In this document: positions 1-6,949 of the stretch, piece by piece | Layout: each line of letters starts with the position of its first letter | Numbering within the stretch: the stretch's first letter is position 1 | Source of the DNA: a virus | Taxonomy: Duplodnaviria; Heunggongvirae; Uroviricota; Caudoviricetes | Length of the DNA stretch: 30,031 nucleotides | Direction: 5' to 3' (one strand) | Virus record (IMG/VR): IMGVR_UViG_2648501437_000010 | Location: 1-30,031 of that record | The notes under the pieces: generated by a model | Databases searched by the model: none | Told to the model about the DNA's origin: nothing | Seen by the model: only the letters and a program-made list of their open reading frames with translations | Program-made: the position numbers and the translations under genes

Positions 1-31
1 GGTTTTTTACTGGTTGATACTGTTTTTGTCA
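1..31 (-). CDS. 5' end of a gene that runs off the window (N-terminus M-T-K-T-V-S-T-S-K-K)
   Basis: ATG at complement 29-31 preceded by GAGGTGA 8 nt upstream; lies 26 nt downstream of the TGA stop of the zinc-ribbon ORF. Only about 10 codons are visible. Confidence 0.3.
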
Positions 32-59
32 TGTGAGTCACCTCTGACTGAGAGTTTAC

Positions 60-434
60 TCACTTAGCCGCGTGTCCACTATTGCTGGGTAAGATCAGAT
101 CACCAGCGAAGCATTTACCGACGCCACTGGTCAGATTGAAATATACCTTCCAGTTGGAGCTGCCGCATACCGGACACTCCTTGATATTCACTTCACGACC
201 GCGAGTACTCACGCCTCCACGTCGATAAACGATACCTTCAGTGTCCAACCATTGTTCAAAATCTAATTCGGTAATTAGCTCTTTCAGCTCGCTCACGATA
301 ATTCCACTTTTAACAGGCAATATTGTGACCAACCTAAATGTTGATATAACATAAAGGCTCATGTGTTTTTCTTTTGTGGTTTGGCAAAAGAAAAGTTGTT
401 TCACCAATGAATCAAGCGTGGAGGTGTTCTCCAC
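60..434 (-). CDS. zinc-ribbon protein with a primase-type zinc-binding motif; start uncertain (GTG at 434 or ATG at 362)
   Basis: C-terminal CPVCGSS-x15-GKCF resembles the N-terminal zinc ribbon of T7-type primases (CxxCGSS...C). Sits immediately downstream of the helicase gene. Only three Cys are visible before the TGA stop at 60-62. Confidence 0.45.
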   Translation of the reverse strand: MENTSTLDSLVKQLFFCQTTKEKHMSLYVISTFRLVTILPVKSGIIVSELKELITELDFEQWLDTEGIVYRRGGVSTRGREVNIKECPVCGSSNWKVYFNLTSGVGKCFAGDLILPSNSGHAAK

Positions 435-446
435 GCTTATTTTTTA
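414..446 (+). terminator. 10-bp stem-loop (aagcgtggag / ctccacgctt, 5-nt loop) followed by a T6 tract; terminator-like only in the plus orientation
   Basis: Perfect inverted repeat 414-423 / 429-438 followed by ATTTTTTA. On the minus (coding) strand the same hairpin is preceded by A-run and not followed by a U-tract; it overlaps the helicase stop and the GTG of the next ORF. Confidence 0.35.
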
Positions 447-1784
447 GGTAACGTCTAAGATTCGCTCAATGAAGCGCATTTGTTCGAGGTTTTGTTTAAC
501 GCGAATGCTGATCCCTCCCTGCTGGTTACGCGAACCAGCAAAGTAGAGACGAGCCTCTCCTTTCGCTTCTTCTTCTTCGGTTTTGTTGATCGTTATTACC
601 AGGTCAGCAATACGTACTTTTTCGATGTTGTCGGCGGCGTGCATCATTGTGGCAACTTCTGACGCGCCACCTTCACGGTTTGTCTGCGATGCCGTGATTC
701 CAGCAACGTTATGCTTGTCATAAAGAGCACGTAAATCGGTGTAGATACTACGAATGTTGGCGCGATCATCACGAAGGTCATAACTGGCACGCATCAAATC
801 TGCGTAGTCGACAACAACCATGTCAGGCACCATGCCGTTGGCTTTCATGCTGTTAAGCATACGGTCCAGATCTGCCGGTGACATACTTCCTGACGGACGC
901 TCAACCACCCACAAACTACCAATCCCCTTCGTGGCTCCCAACTCTGCCAACTTACGATGAACCTCATCGCGCCGTTCCACCAACTTGGACATTTCTGTCT
1001 CCGACAATCTTGCATCAAAACGGTCGGATAAAATGGTGGTGTGAACCTCCAGCGAGAGATACAGAACATTGTAGCCAGCAAGCGTTGCGTTTATGGAAAA
1101 CTCACCCATTGCGGTCGATTTACCGGATTTAGCGAACCCCATGAAGAGCACCATTTCGCGCTTTGCCCAGCCTTTTTGGTACAGCAACCTATCGAGAAGA
1201 GGGAGTCCAGTTGTAATACTGTTTGGTACATACTCCTCTGAAGCCTCATATTCACGCGCTTTCAATCGCTCACTTGCGGAGGTGTAGTAGTCATAGATTC
1301 CGGTCGCTTCGTTCGATCCAATCTGCTGAACCTTGGCCATGATTGCCATCGCCCCCTGAAAGTCGCCTTTCTCTTTCAGTTCAGCAGCCTTTATCAGAGC
1401 ATCATCAAACGCTACACTTTTTGCGAAGGTTGATACCTGGTCAACCATGTACGAGGTATCGGACAATTTTTCTGCAAGAATGCGCTTAAACGCAGCAACA
1501 ACATCGGCGAATAGTTCCTCACGGATAGTCTTATCGCGTTTCGCACGCTTAAGCATATCCAGAATTGCAGATGAAGAGGGCGCGCTCTTGTACATACGGT
1601 AATAGCCCGAAACCATATTAACCAATATGGCATTGGCCGCATTGGCAAACTGGCTAGGCACAACCAGATCTCCCGCACGAGTAAGAAACTCGTGATCACG
1701 ACAAAAATATGCCGTCAGTCTGTTCTGGAAATCTTCATCAAACTCTTCGGACAGCCCGCGTCCTGTATGGCAAAGTTCGGTCAT
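444..1784 (-). CDS. DnaB-family replicative DNA helicase
   Basis: 446 aa; C-terminal RecA-like domain with Walker A GFAKSGKST and Walker B-like VVVDYADLM; N-terminal helical domain; ATG at 1784 with AAAGGAAAG RBS. Confidence 0.85.
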   Translation of the reverse strand: MTELCHTGRGLSEEFDEDFQNRLTAYFCRDHEFLTRAGDLVVPSQFANAANAILVNMVSGYYRMYKSAPSSSAILDMLKRAKRDKTIREELFADVVAAFKRILAEKLSDTSYMVDQVSTFAKSVAFDDALIKAAELKEKGDFQGAMAIMAKVQQIGSNEATGIYDYYTSASERLKAREYEASEEYVPNSITTGLPLLDRLLYQKGWAKREMVLFMGFAKSGKSTAMGEFSINATLAGYNVLYLSLEVHTTILSDRFDARLSETEMSKLVERRDEVHRKLAELGATKGIGSLWVVERPSGSMSPADLDRMLNSMKANGMVPDMVVVDYADLMRASYDLRDDRANIRSIYTDLRALYDKHNVAGITASQTNREGGASEVATMMHAADNIEKVRIADLVITINKTEEEEAKGEARLYFAGSRNQQGGISIRVKQNLEQMRFIERILDVT

Positions 1785-1827
1785 GTGCTTTCCTTTGTTT
1801 TTTAAACAAATTGTTTTCTAGTATTAG

Positions 1828-2568
1828 TTAATTAGATAGGGGATCAATAAACCGCCGTGCTTCTTCCAGTTCTTCTGGAAAGTGGGCGGAAATAAGGCGC
1901 TCTGGAACGATTTCCATTAGCCAGATAGCGGAGAAAATTGCGCGTATGCGCTTGCTGCGAGGGATGGTGCGCAAACGCTCCAGAATCCACTCAAAATAGC
2001 TTTCCTGAATCGGGTTGAACTGCATGTCTCCCATATGCTTAAAGCTAACCAGAGAGTCATCCAGACGGGTTGTTGCGCGTCTGGCTAATTTCTCTTCAAA
2101 TATCTCAATCAGTTCTGGCTGCCATAAATGCTGTGGGCGCGGCAGCTTGTCCCACAGCCGTCGTGCAGCTGCGGAAAGAACGGTGGAGATAAAGTAGTCG
2201 TATGAGCAGCAATAGCGGTCAGCAAACTGGCGTGCTTTCCATAGAGACGTTTTATTGGCAGTCGACAACTCCTGATAAGGCAGGCGTTTTAACCCGGTGG
2301 TGAACGGAGCTGTTTCAAAGTGTTCGCGACCGTGCGTCAGCATGATATTTGAGTACTGACGTTTGTATGCCTCCGTAAACAGACAGGTGGCCATAAGAGG
2401 ATGCATGTCGCGGTAATCAAACCACTTCGTCTCGAAGAGTTCAGCCTCATCTTTACAGCGCGACAAACCAATGTTTTCAGCGACCCACTTGTCCATAACA
2501 GCGGTATTCCACTCTGTCATGAAGTCGTACTGGTCGTTGTCGATGGTATCGAAAAAGATTTGGCTCAT
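1828..2568 (-). CDS. hypothetical protein, first gene of the helicase operon (possible replication accessory or loader; no NTPase motif seen)
   Basis: 246-aa ORF from ATG at 2568 with GGTGAG 4 nt upstream; 43-nt gap to the helicase start; motif site A lies 16 nt upstream. Confidence 0.55.
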   Translation of the reverse strand: MSQIFFDTIDNDQYDFMTEWNTAVMDKWVAENIGLSRCKDEAELFETKWFDYRDMHPLMATCLFTEAYKRQYSNIMLTHGREHFETAPFTTGLKRLPYQELSTANKTSLWKARQFADRYCCSYDYFISTVLSAAARRLWDKLPRPQHLWQPELIEIFEEKLARRATTRLDDSLVSFKHMGDMQFNPIQESYFEWILERLRTIPRSKRIRAIFSAIWLMEIVPERLISAHFPEELEEARRFIDPLSN

Positions 2569-2584
2569 GTGGCTCACCCGGCAG

Positions 2585-2600
2585 GTAGTTACTTACTTAT
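2585..2600 (-). promoter_or_regulatory. recurring 16-nt motif, site A (plus strand gtagtTACTTACTTAT)
   Basis: One of five near-identical intergenic 16-mers; here directly upstream of the RBS of the 1828-2568 gene. Confidence 0.4.
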
Positions 2601-2818
2601 CACAATGAGCGGATGATAGCGACTGGTGGCAGTTTTTGGAAGTGAAAACGGAAGGGAGTTGTTCTGGTGATGTCTTTTAAAAGACCTGCTTCCGTATATA
2701 TTTAATAAGTTACTTATTATTTATATACAGAAACAGGCTCCTAATGGATACCAAGAACAACATAATTTGACTCCAACCCCAGATGCTATGTCATTGACAG
2801 ATTTATCAAGGGAGATCA

Positions 2819-2827
2819 TGTTAGAAT
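2819..2827 (+). promoter_or_regulatory. candidate extended -10 promoter element (TGtTAGAAT) for the plus-strand gene
   Basis: TG-n-TAGAAT at 2819-2827 in the AT-rich divergent intergenic region; TTGACA at 2794-2799 is present but with a 22-nt spacer, so the -35 is doubtful. Confidence 0.3.
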
Positions 2828-2857
2828 CAGTGTTTTAGCCTCGTGGATATTGTCACC

Positions 2858-3916
2858 ATGCGCATGAATAGACTTCCAGGATATGGCCTTCCCGAACTGG
2901 CTTTTTGGCCTCAGCCTAAATATGAACGGAATAAATGGTCGATGTTCTGTCTGAAACTCCGTAATGATGGAACCCTTGCTTGGTATCGGCGATATGTTGA
3001 TCGTGGTATGCCAAACCACGCTTTTGATGACGACTACGATAACTATCCTGAAGCAAGAAAAGCGGCATTAGAGCTGAATAAAAACGTGAGCTTTGACATT
3101 GAAAAACTTCCTCTATCTATGTTTCAAAAGAAGTCATTGCGTTTGAAAGTTGACAAAGCACTCAAAGCCAAATCACGTCTCATGGATGAAGAGCATATAA
3201 TGCTCAACGAAGCAATTAAGGCACACGCCAACGATCCGCGAGTGACATTAAATGAGTTAATAATTAACCCAGATTACGAAACTTTGCGTCAACCCCTTTT
3301 TGACGTGCTAAGCGAGATGCCTTACTTACATTTTGTTTTTCTTCCCAAATTCCAAGTTTCACTTCAACTCGTTGCTCCTAACACTTGGGAATGTTCATAT
3401 AACAACAAAGCTAAGACAGCGAAGATCTGCTACCAAGAACGCATAGCCAGAGGTTTTGGTTTATCAGGTGCTGCACATTGGGGAAAAACAAAAGCGACTA
3501 TTCGCTCAATGCTTCTGCCGCGTGCTAACCGGTTACTGCAACTCGCCAGCGTAAAAAGAATGCTGGATGAAGCTCTCAGGAATGGGCAAAAGGTACTGGT
3601 TGTTGGCAACTTTGTTTTCTGGTTTGAGGACAAAAATCAGGTAGGTTGGAGTGTTAAAGTTGCTAGCGAAAGCGAAACCACCTCAAGAGGCAATACGCTC
3701 TGGAAAGAAGGAACTATCATTTCAAAAAATCACGGTCGAATTGTCGTGCTGCCGTATACAAAAGAAAACGGTAAACATGTAAAAGGTTATACCAAGAATG
3801 CCCCTAACGACGGCAACGCAATTCCGAGACATAAGGATGAGTATGTCGAGTTGCCCTTTGAAATTTTGGATGGTGACTTGATGTTCAGTCTGTTCGGTGA
3901 GCTTAACTACGAATAG
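2858..3916 (+). CDS. hypothetical protein, the only plus-strand gene in the window
   Basis: Long ORF (track 2843-3916 from GTG; first ATG at 2858, giving 352 aa); TAG stop at 3914-3916; convergent with the partition genes and followed by a hairpin. No motif I can assign. Confidence 0.55.
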   Translation: MRMNRLPGYGLPELAFWPQPKYERNKWSMFCLKLRNDGTLAWYRRYVDRGMPNHAFDDDYDNYPEARKAALELNKNVSFDIEKLPLSMFQKKSLRLKVDKALKAKSRLMDEEHIMLNEAIKAHANDPRVTLNELIINPDYETLRQPLFDVLSEMPYLHFVFLPKFQVSLQLVAPNTWECSYNNKAKTAKICYQERIARGFGLSGAAHWGKTKATIRSMLLPRANRLLQLASVKRMLDEALRNGQKVLVVGNFVFWFEDKNQVGWSVKVASESETTSRGNTLWKEGTIISKNHGRIVVLPYTKENGKHVKGYTKNAPNDGNAIPRHKDEYVELPFEILDGDLMFSLFGELNYE

Positions 3917-3936
3917 CTTTCATAGAACGAAATATT

Positions 3937-3968
3937 TCTAAGGCTGTCCAATGCAGACCAGCCTTAGA
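3937..3968. terminator. stem-loop between convergent genes (about 10-bp stem tctaaggctg / cagccttaga, 12-nt loop); candidate bidirectional terminator
   Basis: Inverted repeat lying between the plus-gene stop (3916) and the ParG-like gene stop (3977); flanks are A/T-rich but there is no clean U-tract. Confidence 0.4.
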
Positions 3969-3976
3969 GATTTATA

Positions 3977-4336
3977 TCAACCTTTCTTCATTAACTCGCG
4001 TTTAATTTCATCGGTTCGCATCGTGACATCGGCAGCGGTGATCGCCTCATTCAATTTCACGATGTCCTCGATTTCCTGCGGTGACTTCTCTGCCAGATGG
4101 AAAATGGCTGCTCGAATCACGTCAGAACGAGTGAACTTCTCGAAGCGAGGGATGAACTTCATCATCTCCAGCAGTTCGAAGTATTCGTCCTCCAGTGACA
4201 TTGTGCGGCTTTTAATTTTCTCTTTGCCACGAGTCGGGCGTCCCTGTGGTCTGACTGGTTGGCGCAAAGGAGTTGTGTTCTTAGCCGGTGCATCAGGCTC
4301 TTTGCGCTTTGCTAGGTCACCCATTTTCATGGACAT
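3977..4336 (-). CDS. small partition-protein candidate (ParG-like centromere-binding protein)
   Basis: 119 aa; basic, Pro/Arg/Lys-rich N-terminal tail followed by a short C-terminal folded region; ATG overlaps the parA stop (TAATG), implying translational coupling. Size and position fit a type Ib ParA partner. Confidence 0.5.
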   Translation of the reverse strand: MSMKMGDLAKRKEPDAPAKNTTPLRQPVRPQGRPTRGKEKIKSRTMSLEDEYFELLEMMKFIPRFEKFTRSDVIRAAIFHLAEKSPQEIEDIVKLNEAITAADVTMRTDEIKRELMKKG

Positions 4337-5004
4337 TATTCTTCTTCCTCCAGACTCAACAGATAATCTACAAATTCTTCAAACTCGGCTTCCGCCTTTT
4401 TGTCGCGCTCGCTACCGGTCATTTCAAAGATAGAACGACCAGACTCTTCCGCATCATCATAGACGTTGCGGTTATATAGATTGACTGGCGCAGACTCGAT
4501 GCCAAACGTCTCAACAATCTCTTTAGCCGCCAGAATGCGAGACACTTGTGATGGCAAAGCCGGGCACTGGTTCATGACCGCGCGGACCTTCACTTTATCG
4601 TTTACATTACGAACATTGTCGATAATAGGATCAATGTCACGCAGAGATTTCAAATCACGACGCTTAGGACGAAGCGGGATAATGATAACGTCGGCCATCA
4701 GCATCGCTTGTCGCTGAATTTCGGAGTCAAAGCCACCAGCATCTACCACTACAAACTCAGCTCTACCCTGAAGCGATTTTAGGTGCTTAATGATGTCATC
4801 CTGAACGTATGCAAAAGGAATCAGCTCAAGGTCTTCGTTCTGTCGACGGTCTTCACACCAGCTTGTTGTCGTGCGCTGAATATCTATATCAGTGATATAA
4901 ACCTTCTTCTTCTTTTTGACTTTCAGGCAAACGGCAATTTGCTGGGCAACGGTGGATTTGCCAGGCCCGCCCTTTGTGCCGCCAACCACAAAGATCTTGG
5001 TCAT
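4336..5004 (-). CDS. parA: ParA/Soj-family partition ATPase (small, type Ib-like)
   Basis: 222 aa; deviant Walker A KIFVVGGTKGGPGKST at the N-terminus, no N-terminal HTH extension; AAGGGA RBS. Confidence 0.85.
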   Translation of the reverse strand: MTKIFVVGGTKGGPGKSTVAQQIAVCLKVKKKKKVYITDIDIQRTTTSWCEDRRQNEDLELIPFAYVQDDIIKHLKSLQGRAEFVVVDAGGFDSEIQRQAMLMADVIIIPLRPKRRDLKSLRDIDPIIDNVRNVNDKVKVRAVMNQCPALPSQVSRILAAKEIVETFGIESAPVNLYNRNVYDDAEESGRSIFEMTGSERDKKAEAEFEEFVDYLLSLEEEE

Positions 5005-5130
5005 TGGAGAGTTCCCTTTGCGTATATAATTATCGTCTGAAACAACTTGTTTTCTTATATGTGATATAGCCTAAATGCCTACGGCTGCGGTGTAAAGGTT
5101 TAATGATAGGTACATAGGTGGGCTTAATAA

Positions 5131-5154
5131 CAAAAAACCCGCCGTAGCGGGTTT
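5131..5154 (-). terminator. rho-independent terminator ending the 5911-6330 / 5153-5926 operon
   Basis: On the minus strand: AAACCCGC-tacg-GCGGGTTT followed by TTTTTTG; GC-rich stem of 6-8 bp, 4-nt loop, U-tract. Overlaps the TAA stop at 5153-5155. Confidence 0.7.
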
Positions 5155-5926
5155 ATTGATTCATAGATCGTTTACTCAGAATGTTCACTATATGAGTACA
5201 AGCACCTGGGGTGAGATTGATTTTATTAGTCCCCCACTCTTCACGTCTTCGCATCTGGCCTCCGTCAGACTTACCGATATCCCACGGAATAAAACCACTT
5301 ACGCCACAGGCATCCTCACCCAATTCCTCTATAAAATTTTCGTTCTTCGTATCGTAAATTTCGACCAGTCCATGTTTGCGCATACTCACAGCCCAAAGAG
5401 TTGCGCCTTTTATCGTCTGTAACGTATCGCAAACCAAGTACTGATACTTATCTACGAGATAAAGGTAAGCAAAACTTGCGATGCCTAATCCCATATAATC
5501 AGCATGAGTAAAAACCCCTCTAATCTGCTTGGCGCTGACTTTTACTCCAGATTTATCCTTGATTGGAAACTCGCAGTAGGCCACGCGGAAGACTGTTTGG
5601 ACTGGCTGCCCCACATGCAACTTGTAGGATTCAATTTCTGCTCCTATCTCAAGAGGTGTGTAACCAGCACGTTTGAGTCGCTTAACTTCCTGCTCTTGGT
5701 AATCAGGATCACATGACTCAAGACACTCGCCAACAATACAGCGTTCATAGGCCGAATCAACAAGCTCGTATTCGGTAAATCGAATTAGATCGAAACCTCG
5801 GGAGATAAAATAGAACTCACCGAGAGCGATAATTCTCGTCGCTCTCGGCATTTCAGACAAGACCTTGCTGTAGTCTTCTATTTCAGGGATTAATCTGTTC
5901 GCCTGACCAATTAGAGATGGTGCCAT
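5153..5926 (-). CDS. hypothetical protein; weak GNAT-acetyltransferase-like motif
   Basis: 257 aa; segment HADYMGLGIASFAYLYL resembles GNAT motif A (h-P-x-Y-x-G-x-G-I-G/A). Start overlaps the upstream ORF by 16 nt. No other recognisable motif. Confidence 0.5.
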   Translation of the reverse strand: MAPSLIGQANRLIPEIEDYSKVLSEMPRATRIIALGEFYFISRGFDLIRFTEYELVDSAYERCIVGECLESCDPDYQEQEVKRLKRAGYTPLEIGAEIESYKLHVGQPVQTVFRVAYCEFPIKDKSGVKVSAKQIRGVFTHADYMGLGIASFAYLYLVDKYQYLVCDTLQTIKGATLWAVSMRKHGLVEIYDTKNENFIEELGEDACGVSGFIPWDIGKSDGGQMRRREEWGTNKINLTPGACTHIVNILSKRSMNQ

Positions 5927-6330
5927 GAAGTATTCTGTGCCGTTGATGGTTCCATATCATCGATTTTACAGAATTTCTTCATAAAAGACTCTACAACTTG
6001 TTTGATTCGTGAAGAAATATCACGATCTAAACACTTCAAGTCAGGATATTGTTCAGCAACATCTAAAACAAAAGAGGTTCGTTTACCGTTAGCGACAACC
6101 TCGGCCAACGGTTTAACCAGTGACGTAGAATTAGAGACCTTTTCGGCACGCGCCACATCGCTCTTAAAAGTGACGATGAAGTGCTGGCGGTTAGCTGATT
6201 CACGGCACAACATACGTCGCACTTCTACTGCGTCTTCACTGTTGTGAAAACGCATAGGAAAGCTGTCGATAACCGCAGTATTGGTGCGGATCGTCTGCAT
6301 AGAACGCGTATTGTCATGATAATTTAGCAT
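5911..6330 (-). CDS. hypothetical protein
   Basis: 139 aa; ATG at 6330 with AAGGTGGA RBS; preceded by a 209-bp structured non-coding spacer. Confidence 0.5.
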   Translation of the reverse strand: MLNYHDNTRSMQTIRTNTAVIDSFPMRFHNSEDAVEVRRMLCRESANRQHFIVTFKSDVARAEKVSNSTSLVKPLAEVVANGKRTSFVLDVAEQYPDLKCLDRDISSRIKQVVESFMKKFCKIDDMEPSTAQNTSWHHL

Positions 6331-6539
6331 ATATCCACCTTAGCCGTTAACACAAGTGTCATTGCGGCACCCCTCTCGGGGTTGAAGGCTACGAGAATGC
6401 GTAGCCTGTATGTGCCCACTTACGTGGATGCCTAATAAATCTACATCAAATTACTAAATGATTCAACATGAGCTTGAGTGAACAGGCGTGTATATGAGTG
6501 AAGATGCCATCTTTAGGATAAAAGGTAAACTGAGATCAA

Positions 6540-6776
6540 TCATCGACTCAGCTCAGGTGCCCCCCACTCACACAGCCTTTCACCTATCGTATTGTGGATA
6601 AGCAACTGTCGCTCCGTTTCCTCAGTCATAAAATCCTCTCTACTCACATAGATAGGATTTGCAGCATCGCAGAATAGCACGCCTGGAGCCTGCGTCTTAA
6701 TCACGCACCCATTTATCAAACAGCTCGCGATGAACACCAGAGGCATCTTTTTGCCGCACTTCATTAACCGTTTCAT
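6540..6776 (-). CDS. outer-membrane spanin candidate (Rz1-like lipoprotein); start ambiguous (6785, 6776, 6764 or 6746)
   Basis: Reading frame offset from, and overlapping the 3' end of, the i-spanin gene. N-terminus MKRLMKCGKKMPLVFIAS-C has a basic n-region, hydrophobic core and a lipobox-like IAS|C. Confidence 0.45.
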   Translation of the reverse strand: MKRLMKCGKKMPLVFIASCLINGCVIKTQAPGVLFCDAANPIYVSREDFMTEETERQLLIHNTIGERLCEWGAPELSR

Positions 6777-6948
6777 TTTTGACATCCACTGTGCTTTGAA
6801 GTCGTTTTCTGTCTTCCTGTTTTGCCTTCTCTTCCATTGCTCGTCGCGCCGCATTTCCGCCCATCGTGTAAGCGCCGACCAGAACGAAAAGAACGGCAGC
6901 CAGCGTAATCAAAGCAACTTTTAGCTTTGTCATCAGGCTGCCTAGCAT
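6697..6948 (-). CDS. inner-membrane spanin candidate (Rz-like)
   Basis: 83 aa; N-terminal TM segment VALITLAAVLFVLVGAY followed by a charged, coiled-coil-like region; AAAGGGATGG RBS; a lipoprotein ORF begins inside its 3' part in another frame. Confidence 0.55.
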   Translation of the reverse strand: MLGSLMTKLKVALITLAAVLFVLVGAYTMGGNAARRAMEEKAKQEDRKRLQSTVDVKNETVNEVRQKDASGVHRELFDKWVRD

Positions 6949-6949
6949 A

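Noticed and set aside
480-1287. Plus-strand ORFs 480-662, 878-1132, 1041-1241 and 1093-1287
   Set aside because: Short antisense ORFs inside the helicase gene, with no RBS and no recognisable motif.
5005-5130. Sigma70 promoter call upstream of parA (TTGTTT ... TATATA)
   Set aside because: Spacer lengths between the candidate -35 and -10 hexamers are 11-14 nt, not 16-18; a promoter is expected here but I cannot place it reliably.
5156-5716. Plus-strand ORFs 5156-5422 and 5504-5716
   Set aside because: Antisense to the 257-aa ORF; one starts inside the terminator hairpin; no RBS.
6331-6539. Possible tRNA or small structured RNA gene in the 209-bp spacer
   Set aside because: No cloverleaf arrangement and no GTTCRANYC T-loop; hairpin lengths and spacing do not fit a tRNA. 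Kept only as an unexplained structured region.
6540-6854. Full 104-aa track ORF as the o-spanin
   Set aside because: Its first 23-36 residues (MRRDEQWKRRQNRKTENDFKAQW...) lack signal-peptide character; an internal Met (about 6776-6746) gives a proper lipoprotein signal, so the longer form is probably not translated.
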